DNA of 64,000 nucleotides. Origin: Vairimorpha necatrix (Eukaryota). The notes beneath the pieces are model-generated. The model saw only the letters and a list, made by a program, of their open reading frames with translations. It had not been told where the DNA came from and searched no databases. A program made the position numbers and the translations under genes. The stretch's first letter is position 1. Every line of letters begins with the position of its first letter. The stretch spans positions 682,001 to 746,000 of the forward strand of contig CP142734.1 in the NCBI GenBank assembly GCA_036630325.1. The letters are read 5' to 3'. Positions 34,225-48,300 of the stretch are shown piece after piece.

Positions 34225-35949
34225 TGACTAAAATATTTTGCAATTAATTATAGTAAAGATTCATCATTTTAAAAAAAATTTTATTTTTACCCTCTATGAA
34301 AGAAGTAAAAGACCAAGTTGAGTATGATCGGCCTGTCCAAATACTCAAAGAAGACGAGGTTATCCAACAATGTGACAAACATTTGAAATATGGGCTAAAG
34401 AAGAAATTAAAAGTTTTTTCTTGTGGATAACATTCTTTTCTTGAAGGATGTGGGGGGGCTGGCACAAAAGAGTATTTGTGAGAACTATGATCCAAGCTAT
34501 GAAAAAAGAGGTCCAAGTACTTCATCGGCAGCAAAATGGCGCGAATTGTTCTATGATAAGTGTAAAGAACAATACTACAGTATACCTAGGTGTATTGAAA
34601 TGGAGGCTTGCAGTGAATCCATTATATGCATGACAGCACAACCTTTTAGAACTAAAGAAAAGTAGAAGCACATCGTCGCTAAAAGACCTTTTGAAGATTT
34701 ATTATTGATATTGTTGATATGAGGACTTATAGTGATGAAAATGATGGTTTTAGTTGAATACACACAGCAATAGATGTATTTTCTAAACATTCTTTTATTT
34801 CTGCTTTAGAAACTAAAACCGCCGTTGAGGTCGTATCACAGTTAGAATACAAATTTCAAACGTCAGGCTTTCCTGCTATACTTCAATGCGACAACGGCAA
34901 AGAGTTTAAAATGAAACATTAGTTGGAATTTGTAAACAAAATAAAATAATGCTTATTCATGGCAGACCTCGTCATCCCAAGAGTCAAGGACAAGTCGAGA
35001 GGTTTAATCAAACCCTTACTCGTTGCCTGCAAAAACATCTTTGTGAAAAGGTTTTAACAATAAGAACTGGCTAGCGGTTATTAATAAAGTTGTTTATGGC
35101 TATAATACCGCTGTACATTCTGCTTTAAAGAAGTCTCCCTATAAGTTATGGTATGGAAGCTTTGGATACAATACATGTCTAAGGGAGAATGATGTTGATT
35201 GCACTGATAAGGATGAAACAACTGTAAACACGATTCCAGGAAGTGATGCAGTGAGTAATGAGAAATATTTGGCTCGAATGAACGAAAAATGTGTTCATAA
35301 TTCCATCAACGATTTTTCTATTGGTGATTTAGTGGTTGTAAAAAAAATCTCGACACTAATACGAAAACAAAAAAACTAAAATTGAGTTCTTTTTATAGTG
35401 AGCCACGAGAAATAATAGAAATTTTATTGAATAACCGATTAAGGTTAAAATACGAATGTAAGGAGGAAATTATATCAATGAATCTGGTTATAAAATTGAA
35501 TAAATGATCTTTCAGATAAATTTTACTATTTGTTTTATTATAAATTTTAGTTGTTTACTATCTTTTTATATTATTTATACATTGAAAACTGCATTTAATG
35601 TTTTATTCATGAAAATTGTATGTTTTTGAATTAAAAAAGTTATCTGTGTAAAAAGATATCATTAATCAGTTTTTTTAATATAATCCATTTTATAATATAT
35701 ATATGATGTGCGATATTTCAAGGAAAAGTGTAAAAATGCAAATACCAACGTACTAGAAATATAATATTCATATGACCTTCGTAGACTATTTATTGAACGT
35801 GCGTCTAAAATGTAATCTCTACACAGCTATGGGTACCTAATTAGCTAAAATGAATTTTTGTGATCTCAAATTTAGGTTTTTTTCTAAAACTTTGTATATG
35901 AGCACAGCATCATATTTTTATTTTTTATTTTATTAATTTTTTTTCCAAG

Positions 35950-36274
35950 TGTGGTATTATAAATACCACAAATTATTTATTTTTATTTTATCAATTTTCC
36001 CTTTTTGGAAAATAGACCATTCGACCGGTCTATTCCAAAAATCGACTATTTATTTAAATTTATTTCTCACCCCCACAATTCGAAGGATGACAACACACTT
36101 TAACAACAAACATCCTAATTACCATTACCCTTGTAACCCAATGACAAGGAAGAGCAACCAAGCTAGGGAAGACTTAATGCCCCGTACTAATGGCCCAACG
36201 AGCCACAACAATAATAAAATTATTAATATCATAGAATTGTATTTGCTCAGAGGCAGCTCCTCTGGGTTTCGTCA
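35950..36274 (+). repeat. Solo LTR inside the Ginger element
   Basis: TGTGGTAT...CGTCA, TSD CCAAG. Confidence 0.9.
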
Positions 36275-36841
36275 CCAAGATAAGCAATACTTGAGTTAAG
36301 AGTTTTTAATGTAATAAAAAAAATTACTTTAGTTTATATATAAAATCCTCTTTTAATTTATTTTTATTGTTTATAAAAATTTTTATAAATTGAAGTTTAA
36401 TTAAATTCTAAGAATCTTCTGAGCTGATCTAGAAAAATCAAACCATAAAATATGGCTATTTGAGTATTATGAAAAGAAGTAATGGAATACAATGTACCCA
36501 TAAATTTGTAATTTTTTTTATGTATATGTATAAAAATAAATAGCTTAATGAATCATCCGATATCAGCTCTTTGTTATAATTTTAATGCGCTTATAAAATC
36601 ACAAAGAGCATAACCCAATTTGACGAAAACTACCTTTAATTTGAAAAATCTTGTATTATGTGTATATGTTCATGATGTAAGTGGAAGTTAGTAAAGTGTT
36701 ACTACACAAATATGATCTTTTTTATATAACCTTGTTTATAATACACTTTTAATCCTCAAATATGAAGTTAGATTGAACATACTCTATGCTTATGCATAAT
36801 TTATTCACGAATTCTTCCGGCCGCGCACTGGGCGCGCGACA

Positions 36842-38336
36842 TTAATTAAATTTTTTAACCAGATTCAATGAGATTATTTTCTCTTTACATTCGTATTTTA
36901 ACCTTAATCGGTTATTCATTAAAATTTCTATTTTTTCCTTGGCTCACTATAAAAAGAACTCAATTTTGGTTTTTTTGTTTTCGCATTAGTGTCGAAATCT
37001 TTTTTTACAACCACTAAATCCCCAATAGAAAAATCGTTGATGGAATTATGAACACATTTTTCGTCCATTCGAGCCAAATATTTCTCATTACTCACTGCGT
37101 TTCTTCCCGGCATCGTGTTTACAGTTGTTTCATCCTTTTCAGTTTAACCATCATCATTCTCCCTTAGACATGTATTGTATCCAAGGCTTCCGTACCATAA
37201 CTTATAGGATGGCTTCTTTGTAGCAGAATGTATCGCGGTATTATAGTCATAAACAACTTTATTAATGACCGCTAGCCACTTCTTATTGTTAAAACCTTTT
37301 TCGTAAAGATGTTTTTGCAGGTAACGAGTAAGGGGTTGATTAAACCGCTTGACTTGGGGGATGACGAGGTCTGCCATGAATAAGCATTATTTTATTTTGT
37401 TTGCAAATTCCAACTAATGTTTCATTTTAAACTCTTTGCCGTTGTCGCATTGAAGTATAGCAGGAAAGCCTAACGTTTGAAATTTGTATTCTAACTGTGA
37501 TACGACTCCAACATCGGTTTTAGTTTTTAAAGCAGAAATAAAAGAATGTTTAGAAAATACATCTATTGCTGTGAGTATCAAACATAAAGATCATTTTCAT
37601 CACTATAAGTCCTCATATCAACAAGATCAATAATAAATCTTTCAAAAGGTCTTTTAGCGACGATGCGCTTCTACTTTTCTTTAGTTTTAAAAGGTTGTGC
37701 TGTCATGCATATAATGGATTCACTGCAAGCCTCCATTTCAATACACCTAGGTATACTGTAGTATTGTTCTTTACACTTATCATAGAACAATTCGCGCCAT
37801 TTTGCTGCCGATGAAGTACTTGGACCTCTTTTTTCATAGCTTGGATCATAGTTCTCACAAATACTCTTTTGTGCCAGCCCCCCCACATCCTTCAAGAAAA
37901 GAATGTTATCCACAAGAAAAAACTTTTAATTTCTTCTTTAGCCCATATTTCAAATGTTTGTCACATTGTTGGATAACCTCGTCTTCTTTGAGTATTTGGA
38001 CAGGCCGATCATACTCAACTTGGTCTTTTACTTCTTTCATAGAGGGTAAAAATAAAATTTTTTTAAAATGATGAATCTTTACTATAATTAATTGCAAAAT
38101 ATTTTAGTCAACCAGCTTGCCACAGTGGTTGTTATGGTCATCCGTTATTTTGAAGGTCGTAGGTTCGAATCCTTTCGTGTTTAAAATTTATTTAGGGGTC
38201 AGTAAAAAAAATTAGTTGAATAAATCATAAATAGTTAATATACATATATACATAGTTGTAAATTACAAATAACCCAATTTCAAATGTTAAAAATTGTAGT
38301 TAGGTTTAAAAAATTGGGGAAAAAATAGGTCGCGCG
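36842..38336 (-). mobile_element. Ginger-like transposon copy B, truncated at both ends
   Basis: Inverted homologue of ~33992-35490; ORFs 37906-38097, 37671-37913, 37144-37377, 36928-37113. Confidence 0.8.
38111..38183 (+). promoter_or_regulatory. tRNA-derived A/B-box cassette in Ginger copy B
   Basis: A box 38118-38128, B box GGTTCGAATCC 38162-38172. Confidence 0.6.
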
Positions 38337-41300
38337 AAAATAATAAACCCATGTTTTCACTCCAACAATTTGGCGACAAGGACAAGAACTTTCTTATTAT
38401 CAGAAATGAAGGGGATGACGACCCACAGCAGTTCCTAGGAGACTTGCTAGAGGTGGGGACGTTGTAGGAGCACAGCGAGGGTAACCTTAACCACTTTTTT
38501 AAAATCTCTCTAAAAGAAGAGGCAAGGGACTTGATTAACTCCCAACCAATGGGACTTGGGCTTGATAAATTGATCGAGCGATTCGAGGAAGGCTTTTAGT
38601 AATATACAACTAAAAATATTATTGGCAAACTTTCTTCGTTAAGATATCAGGGGTTCCTTATTAAATTATTTGGATAAGATGGCGGGATTGGCACATAAAG
38701 TGAATACCCGGAGTGTGTATTGGTAGCCTTTGCATTAAAAGGACTGCCTAATGACTTAACAAACATTGTGTCAATAAACAAAAAGGATTCTTCATCGGGG
38801 AGTAAATCTACAGAGCTTTAAGTAATGTGAAGTGCGAATGTACCAAGATATACAGAGGTAGTGCGAGGAGAGCCAATGAAGGTAGATGCAATGAGGGAAA
38901 GGTATCTCAGAAAGAGAATCGGAAAACGGAGAAGGAAAGAAAAAATTGGTGTTTTATTTGCAGAAAAGGGCCACATAGTTGTTCAATGCAGATTTAATAG
39001 AAGCCGAAAGATTGTTAGAGGAATAGAGAAAATGAAAGAGGAAGAAGATGAAGAATGTAATTTCAATTTATAATCTTTAACTATTCCCTTTTAAGATCTA
39101 ATGACACTAAAGTAATATTTAAGGCCGCTTCATTGAATAATTCTGAGGCAAAATTTAAAGTCCTGATCGACACAGGGGCAGATTTAAATCTGATTAGACC
39201 AGAGCTTTTGCCAAACAACCCCGTTGTTAATCAGCTAAACAACAGCCTTGGGCAGACAATGGATCGAAAATAAAGATCTTTAAAGCAAACAAAATTATAA
39301 TAAAGATTGATGGGATGATATCTGAAAATAAATTTTTTATAACAAGAGGTATTACTATTCCATATATCATAGGACATGCGTTACTGGATAAATACAAAAT
39401 AAATTTAAGATCTGGGGATAATAAAATGGAAAGCGAATCCGGGTTAGTAGCAAAGCGTAAAGCAATAGGTTACCACAAGATCATCACAAAAGATGATAAA
39501 CCAATACTTATACAGTTATACAAGTTAGGTGGCACAAAGAAAACATGGCCTCTAATAGTAAAAGAATAATTGAATTTGGAAATCATAAGACCTAGTTAAA
39601 GTGCATGGAGAAGTCCAATAATAATTGTTTAAAAAAGAATGGAGATCGGCGGTTATGTGTAGACTATAGAAGATTGAATGATGCGACTATTGAAGATGCA
39701 TACCCAATTCAACGAGTAGAAAAATTTATTAATCATTAGAGGGCGCTACTTACTTCACAAAATTGGACGCAGAATTTGGATATCATCAAATTGATAGGGC
39801 ACTGTGTTATATCGGAAAACAACCTTAGCCTTTAAAGAAGTGTTATTTTGATTTTACGAAAATGCCATTTGGGCTTTCAATGAATCTGCTGCTTTTCAGC
39901 GGGGGATGAATAACATTTTAAAAGAATCTTTATTCAAATTTGTTGAAGTATATATGGATGATATACTTATTTATAATAAAATGGAAGAAGATCATAGGAG
40001 AGGCGTCAAAAGGGTACTAGAAAAGCTTAATTCAGTGGGTTAAACTTAATAAGGAGAAGTGGGAATTCAATAAGACCCACTTAAAAATTTTAGGTCATGT
40101 TATGTCAAAGGAGGGAATAAGTGTTGATGAGGAAAGAGTTAAAAGCATTTCAGGATTACCAATTCTTAAAAGTAAGGAAAAATTACAATCCTTGTTGGGA
40201 ATATACAACTATTGCTCCAAGTTTATTAAAAACTATTTCACTACTGAGCAAGAGTTGCTAGCAGTTATAAAATCAATTCAATACTTCAGAATATATTTTT
40301 GGGGAAATTTACACTAAAAACGGATCATCGGGCTTTGAAATTTTTGTTTAAGTCTAGGAGTGTAAAAGCTAGGTTGGCTAGATGCTTATACTGCTACAAG
40401 AATATGATTTCGATATTGAATACATTACGGGACCATCAAACTATACAGATCACCTAAACAGAGATTTTCAAAAACATGTGGAGACTGTTTTAGAAATAAT
40501 TATAATACAAAAGAAAAAAATTAAAACAGATAGGATGTTAGTATTATTAAAGTTTTTTATGATTTATTGGGGCATAGATCAAAACAGAATATGAAATATA
40601 ATATTGGTCGGAAATTTACTTGGAAGAATATAGACAGCTACATGGGAAATTACGAAGATAATTGTGAAATTTTATAAAAAGAAAAGCCTCGGGGTAAATG
40701 TAGAGGTATAGTATCATTAGTAACAAAGACAATAGGAGAGATTTGCGAAATAGACATAGTAGGGCCCTTGAGAGAAAGCGAGCAAGGATATAAATTCTTA
40801 TTGACAACGATTGACCACATTTCGAAAGTTTCTGAGGTGGTGCCGATTTATACAAAAGACAGAACGCGGTTATTTATTTAGTAGATAAACATATACTTAG
40901 GAAGTATGGTATTCCAACGGCCATTTTATTGATAATTTCAAAGAATTCAAAAATAATATATGTGAGGAATATGCGAAGACCTAAAAATTCCTATGGAAAT
41001 GTGGCTTCTTTTATAAACCCACATTCATGGACCTTGTTGAGAGGTTTAATAGATCAATGGCCATAAAATTAAGGAAGGTTACAGAATTTGTGAAATTTGA
41101 TTGGGCAAAATGTGTCTCTAAAGTAGTCAGGGCCTATATGCAATAATATCATAGGGCTATAGGTGTGCACCAATAGAACTCTTAACAAGAATAGTTCCTA
41201 AAAGATAGATATACAAGAAGGAATGCATCTCACAAAAGATAAGAAAGAGTTTCAGGAGCAAGCGATTAAAAACTTGGACGTTTACAGGCGAGAATACGAC

Positions 41301-41451
41301 ACTAGTAAAAAAGCTATTTCCGACGATAAGGATGCCATTTAGGTGGGAGATGGGGTTTGGTATTATTTAATTCTACCGTTTAGAGAGTAACTCGAACTAA
41401 AAGGGGAAGAAAAAGGAACGGTTGTAGAACTGCGATTCAATTCATTAAAGT
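38337..41451 (+). mobile_element. Heavily decayed gypsy element (5' LTR truncated)
   Basis: LTR end CAACA 38367, PBS TGGCGACAAG 38371, LIDTGA ~39165, YMDD ~39950, TDHRAL, integrase relics. Confidence 0.8.
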
Positions 41452-44400
41452 TGTTGATAGATTTTTTAATATTTTATACGTTACCCCTAATTTTATGAAG
41501 AATAATAAACATATTAACACGGTTGAGAATGAGATAGAAACCATGAATAAAGAGATTATAGAGAGAATATTTTAAATGAGATACGAGGACTTGAGTTTAT
41601 GTCCTTCTTTAAGAATATGGAGAACGAAAGAGAGATTGATTGGATTGTGGTTAGAGCCAGTTACAATTTGATCGATTGGCACTACGAGACTATTGAAGAT
41701 CGTAAAAAAATTAGCTATGTGAAATAATACAGATGGTTATAGGGGCATTCGGAAGTAAAACATTGTCTTTGGCAAAACTTTATCGAATGAAGCAGGACAA
41801 GACGAAAGCATTAAACAGTACATCGAGAATGCAAAGTCTTCATCGCAGCTGTTTAATCTTAAACAAGAAGAAGTAATTGAGATTATTATAGGTGGGATAA
41901 AAGACGAATTTGGAAGAGTCAAACATTTTTTAGAAAAAAGTGGATCTTTAGTTGAAAAAAAAATTTTAAAATTGTAAAATTATCGAAGAGAATGTTTAGA
42001 AGAAATTAAGAGAAAACAGAAGATGAATGTTTTACTCAAAAAACTTTAAATTTTAAAAATTTAAACAAATAAACAAGTAATTAAATGCTACAATTGTAAA
42101 AAAGTAGAACATGTTGCAAGAAACTGTCGTATATAAACCAATTACAATCAACAAAGAAGTAAGAAAGTAGATGAATTTACCACTGAACTATCAGACATTA
42201 TTTAAAATAAAAAAAATTTAGTTTATTTTTATGGACAAGAGGTTCCTGTTACTTTTGACACTGGATCAACTTACAACTTTATCAGTAACGCGGTAGCTGC
42301 AAAGTTTAATCTACCATTTCAATGGAGTTCTAAAGAAATGTAATTTAAGACCTGCCTTGAAGAGCCTTTCATATTAAACAAACATACATTTATTGAATTG
42401 ACGTATAAAGACCAAGATTATCGTTTAAAATTTTTTATTTTACCTAAAGTGAGAATCAAAAAAATATTGATCGGTAAAAATGGGATGAGGGAGATGATGG
42501 AAACAGAAGATGAAGTATATGTGTGCAAAATCAAGGCGGAAGCGGGCAAAAAAGTAGCAGAGCTTGTATAATCATCGTCAAAGAACATGGAAGAAGGCGT
42601 TGAAATAGCGATTCAGAAGCTTTTAAGCAAGGGATATATTCAGGAGTCTATGTCTACTTGGCTTAAAAATCTTCGGCCGGGAATAAAATCAGATGGTTCT
42701 ATTCGAGTGACAACATATTTAGTAGCGTTAAATAAAATAGTTGAACTTGATAGGGGTTCCCTCCTCATAATGGACGAGATTTTATGTAATTTGCGTGGAA
42801 TGAAATTTCCCCAAAGTTAGATTGAAAGATGGTTTTGAAATATAGTTGGTGGAAAGAGATAGATTCAAGACGGCATTTAGATTCAAACATAGACTGTACG
42901 AATGGAAGGTGATGCCACAAGGATTCAAAAATTCTCTTGCTATATTCCAGGGGTTCGTGGATTTTGCACTCAAAGAAGAAATAGGAAAGAGTTGTTTCTG
43001 TTATGTGGATGATATTTTAATTTTTGGCAGAGATGAAAGGGAACATGACGAGGCATATAAAAGAATTATAGAAGCTTTAGATAGAAACAAGCTTAAAATA
43101 AATGAAGATAAATCAAGTTCTAGATGGCGTAAAATCGACTTTTAGGACACCATATAGAAGAAGGTAAGATATTCCCGTTAATTAATAAATTACAAGGAAT
43201 GAAGAATTTAAAATCACCAAGGGATAAGCAACAGTTGCAGGATTTTTAGGAGCTATTAACTATTATAGAAAATTTATTAAAGACTGCTCCGGTTCATGTA
43301 GTCCACTGTATGAATTATTAAAAGACAATAAAACTTCATTTGGATAGAGAAAGAAGAGAAACTTTTTAGGAAGATCAACAAGATTCTCAAAATGAACACA
43401 GGATTATTCCAGCCAGATTATACTAAAGATTTTATTTTGACAACGGACGCTTCTAAGTATGGAATCGCAGCAGTACTTTGTCAAATTATTGATGAAGAGG
43501 AGATTCTTATTGCATTGCTTCTAGAAAAACAAAAAGATCATGAAATTAATCACGGTATTAGTGAGAAAGAGTGTTTGGCCATGTTATGGGGCATGAAAAA
43601 TTTTAATTACTTTTTATATGGTGCGAAATTTGAGGTAATTACAGATTATAAAGCAATAGAAGTGCTTAATAAAGGTGAAATAAATTCCCCGAGAATTCGA
43701 AGATGGTTAGATAGAATGTCTAGATATTGCTTTAAGGTGACGTACAGACAAGGCAAAGACATGCCTCACGTAGATTGTTTGAGCAGAAATTTTGATTACG
43801 TTGAAGACGAGGAAATGAAGGATGATAGTAAACAACTGGAAGAAGACAAAGAAAACAGGAAGGATATAGAAATCAAGAATTATAAGGTTATGAAAAGAAA
43901 TTGTGCAAGCTATTCATTAAGAACTATTACATAGAGGGAAACAATAATTAAAGTATGAAATTACAAAAAGAGGACTCGAAATTAATAATGTAGAAAACTA
44001 GTTTAGATATTAGTAAATGAATGTGAGATATGTTGTCAATATAATTCAAAAAAGAAAAAAATGTTTATTTTTGTTGCGGCGTTTGGAAGAGGAGAAAAGG
44101 TTGCGGTGGATATAATAGGCCCAATAGGGAAGCAAAATGTTATATCGGCTATTGAATATTTTACTTCAGAAAGCTTTGCAAAGTTCTTAGTTTAAGAAAA
44201 TATGAAAAGATAGTAAGGTTTATAGAAGAAGTCAATGAAAATTTAAGATAAAAACACTTTTATTAGATCAGTCAAATAAAAATTTCCGTTCAAGGCCGTC
44301 AATTTTTGTAAGCACTATAATATTAAGTTACATTATACGTCTCCCTACCATCATAAATCCAATGGTAGAGTAGAGAGATTTATTAGGACACTACAAGATC

Positions 44401-44867
44401 TAATCTTTAAGATTAAGGAAGACAGTTTTTTAAAAACGAAGTTAAAAAGAGCTATAGAGATTTATAACAACATATTTAATACTGGAATCTTAATGGCTTT
44501 CCAAGAAGCACCCTTGTTTAATGAACAAGACAAACGTAAATTGATTTAAATGGAAAATATAATAACATACACTAAAAAGAATGGATAAGGTGAAGAATAT
44601 CATTTTTTAGACTAGGGGAGGTTGTGTTAAATAGACAAGAAGGGAATAGAGGAAAATGTAGCCCCAAGTTGAAGGTTCGAAGATGTGTTTATTTTGCTTT
44701 AAAAAATATGCGTATATAATCAAAATAGAAAAAAGGAAAATAAAAAGACGCGCTTCTCAGTTAAAGCTTTTAGTTGATGAACCAACTTTGTACATGGAGA
44801 TGTTGATAGGTATAAGATATTTTATATGTTACTCCCAATTTTATGAATAATAATAAACATATTAACA
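41452..44867 (+). mobile_element. Decayed gypsy element with ~68-bp LTRs
   Basis: Diverged TGTTGATAG...ATTAACA repeats 41452-41519 and 44801-44867; CCHC, FDTGS, YVDD, TDAS, SNGRVER; TSD poorly preserved. Confidence 0.85.
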
Positions 44868-45449
44868 AGATTGTAAAAAAGATTACGGGGCTATTTGGTA
44901 CTCACTTCAGACACATGAGCCTCCCCGCTTACAATAAAATGGCTTGTGAAACGGACAAACCAGAGTTTAGTAGGTAAGTAATGAAGGCGGCGAGGGTTTT
45001 TAGAGCCAGTGGGATGGGTATTTACCGTTTGTAATTATGTGTACGAGGTATTCATATCATAAAATCGCATATGTCTCTATTCGAAATGCTATGGCAGGAA
45101 GTCGTACTACTTAGCACAATCGACGAACTACAGAGCGATTTTGAAATGTTGTTTATAAACACGGCTTATTTTCTGATCGAACGCACAAGACTCAACAACA
45201 AAATAAGAGAATTTACATGATGAAAGAATGTTGAAGATATCAGAAAATATGAAGAGCAGAAATCGAGAAAACTATCCGCCGACGATGGAAAAGAATGAAC
45301 ATTAATGTTCATCAGCATTAGGTATATGACTAGCAAACTTGATAAAATACATCGGTCTCTACATAGTCACGAAAAAAAGAGATTATTGGTGTATACGACA
45401 TATTATTTTGTATAATACGCCCTAAAAATATTTTTATTATGCCTCTAAA

Positions 45450-46330
45450 ATTGAAAATGAATCATCAAGATTGTACAAATTCTAAGAATAAAAGCTTTGA
45501 AGTAGAGCATGTGATCGAGATTTCAGAAGAAAGAAACTTATTTTTTAATTGTTTAAAGTGTAAGATTATTGTTTAAATATTTTTCCGATAAGGGTAAATA
45601 AGATGTAATTTATAAAAGAACTTTGGGTTATATAATTCTAATTATTTCATAGCATTTTCGGTTTAAAGCGTACGACTAACTCTTTACTATTTAAATTGAG
45701 TCTATTTTACGTCTTAATCGTTAAATAATGTAGTTGAAAAATAAAAATATAATATTAGATGTCAATAGTCATTGAATTGATTGAAAAAATGTTTCTAAAT
45801 TGTAGTTTTGGGGTTCTAGTTTCAAAAAGTTTTATATAACTCTGTTTTGTTAAGACTAACGAAAATTGTATGCCAAGTGATTGAATCATTATTTCACTTC
45901 AAACAAATATGTCATATTGGTATGGATTCAAATCATCAAGTGTAATTTGCGGTATTGTCGATACCACCTTATACCGGCAAAAGAACATTTGAGAGCCGTA
46001 ACTAATAGATCTGAGGAAAATTTGTTACCTATTATTAAAAATGTTTGTAAAAATAGGACTTTTTTGTACAGCGATTTATGGACCATCTACAAAAAAAAAT
46101 ATTGGAAAAAAAGAGTCAGACTTCGATAGTATATCATTCTCTCAATTTTATGAATCTTAACACAGGAGTCTCTACTCAACATGTAGAATAATACGGGGCT
46201 AAGCAAAAATTTCCATCAATAATGAAAGGTATAAAAAAGAAATATTGCAAAATTATTTTATAGAAATTGAGTTTTGTGATCGATATAGAAGATGCGATAA
46301 CAATTTTACTTAGGTTGTTGAATATTTTTA
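45450..46330 (+). pseudogene. Degenerate Merlin transposase
   Basis: NRSEENLLPII, YSDLW, GVSTQHVE-like motifs; boundaries approximate. Confidence 0.55.
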
Positions 46331-46572
46331 ATATGCATCTTGATCATTTAAAGGTCTTTTTGTTTCTTAGTCTGCCAAATCTTTATTTTTATATATATCG
46401 TATAATACTCATTATCCAAAAAAACTTAAAGGAGCCTATGAATTAAGGAGTATTGGGGCAGATTGGAACATTTTATTAACAAAAATGTTCTTGTAATATA
46501 CAAACGGTTGATAATCTACTGGAAATATAACATCATTTCAGGAAGTGAAGCCTTGTTCTGAGGCGGGGAGAG

Positions 46573-46748
46573 TGTTACCGGCTGCATTGCACACGCAAAA
46601 AATCAGACTGAGATTGAAAGATGAAACAGTTGCTATTGATTTAAAACTAAACTATTTAAGAAATCTTCAACAAAGTATAATTCCAATAAATACAGTTCTC
46701 ATTCTATTAAAAATACTTCTTAAATAATTAGCTCTTCTTCTGGTAACA
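46573..46748 (+). repeat. 3' LTR relic with PPT (family of 1983-2184)
   Basis: GGCGGGGAGAG PPT then TGTTACCGGCTG...TGGTAACA. Confidence 0.8.
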
Positions 46749-46789
46749 GTCTTTTTAAGATTAAAAATCAAAGAGAGTATCTTGGAAAT

Positions 46790-47725
46790 GAATATCTGTG
46801 AAGATATGTACTTTAAGAACATTGAAGCAACAATAAAACTTTTTAGTTAAGGATCTTCTAAACGATTGACTGCTTTCAGACATTGTTCGACTTCGTAACG
46901 ACTTGTTCTTATAAACGTTGAGGGATGTTCCAGCTTTACTGACAGTAAAGCTTATCATTATGTTAATGAAAAGCGTAATTTAAATAGGGAATTTCTTAGG
47001 GACAATCTACCCATTTCACAAACTTCTCAGAGCATTCTATTGCTAGGTATTGAATTATATACTTAATAATCAATAGATTTTTGCAAAATATGTATTAATT
47101 CATCTGATAAAATCAAGAATACAGTGATTGAAGTAATTGATCTGCATAGTGAAGCTAGCTACTAAATTGGAGGTCCTTCTGTTTGAGTACAATTTGATGA
47201 ATTCGCCATATGCAACAAGATCATTGATCTAATTCTTCTTTAACTTTGAATTCTATACACGAATTCAATGGTTCTTAGGCGTTATTATAAATTATAAAAA
47301 ATTGTTCTTAATTTCTTCAAAATCGACAATCTACTACTATTGAAGATTTTTTTGAACTTAGAGTAAAAGCTAGCCTGTTACTGATTACCGTTAATTTTCT
47401 TTTTATTGTTCAGCGTCAGGAAATTTCGTAAGCGAACACTACATAGTAAATCACTCGCTTGGCTTTATAGAGGCAAAAGAAGACAACACAAATTATATAA
47501 AAAATTTGTGGTACCATAAGAAAACGAATATAGATCAAGATGAGGGTTGACAGGAAAAGATTGATTATTAATAGGTGAATTTGTATGAAAAAAAGAAATA
47601 TCAACCAGTCAAATAATGAATCATTATATTTTTAATCAAAATTGAACTTTGTAGGTTAGATTGAATAATAAACTTCTTGTGAATAAAATTTTTCTGTAAG
47701 AGGACAAGAAAATGAAGTAACGGCT
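46790..47725 (+). mobile_element. Old degenerate copy of the 15179-16389 Merlin family
   Basis: Colinear similarity (e.g. AAAATCAAGAATACAGTGAT); TIR relic CAAGAAAATGAAGTA. Confidence 0.75.
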
Positions 47726-47799
47726 ATTAATATTATATTGGCAATTAATTATAGTGATATAGTTATCATATAGTTATAATAGTTACATCTTAAATAGTA

Positions 47800-48300
47800 G
47801 ATAACGATATATGAGAAAACAATAGCAGTAAGTAAATTTGGCCTTAGAAAACTAACTGGTTTAATAAAAGAACCGAAATTTGGGTTCATGAGATAATTAA
47901 AATTCAGTAATGTAAAAGGTTTTGGATGATACTATGTCGATTGTGTCTAGAAGTTGGTAATGGAAGTGAGAACTTGCGCATGAAGAATTATAATTGACTC
48001 CTGAAGTAACAGATAAAAGTTCTCCTGAAATTTTTTAAAAAATCATGTGTGCTCTGATTCATTGTGCAACAAAACCTTTTTAATTCTTGATTTTGCTTAA
48101 AAAGATAATTTGTTTTGGTATAAACTATTACTTTACAAAGATTTTTTATGAAAATCTAATACTTGCGGTACTAATGCTGTAAAATAAAGTTTGTACGAAG
48201 CAAAAAAGAAGACTTAGGTTAGACACAAAAAAGATTTAAACTTCAGCCTCGCTAACATGATTAATGTTAAAATATAAATTGTAAAAGTGTTTATATTCTT
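47800..48300 (+). pseudogene. Very degenerate Merlin transposase relic
   Basis: SKFG and GFW-like motifs only. Confidence 0.3.

Larger units (their letters stand above)
33968..36841 (+). mobile_element. Ginger-like (retroviral-integrase type) DNA transposon, copy A
   Basis: GC-rich TIRs TGTCG(A/C)GCGCCCA at both ends; frameshifted integrase 34296-~35505 (LQCDNGKEF, HGRPRHPKSQGQVERFNQTL); no RT or LTRs. Confidence 0.75.
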
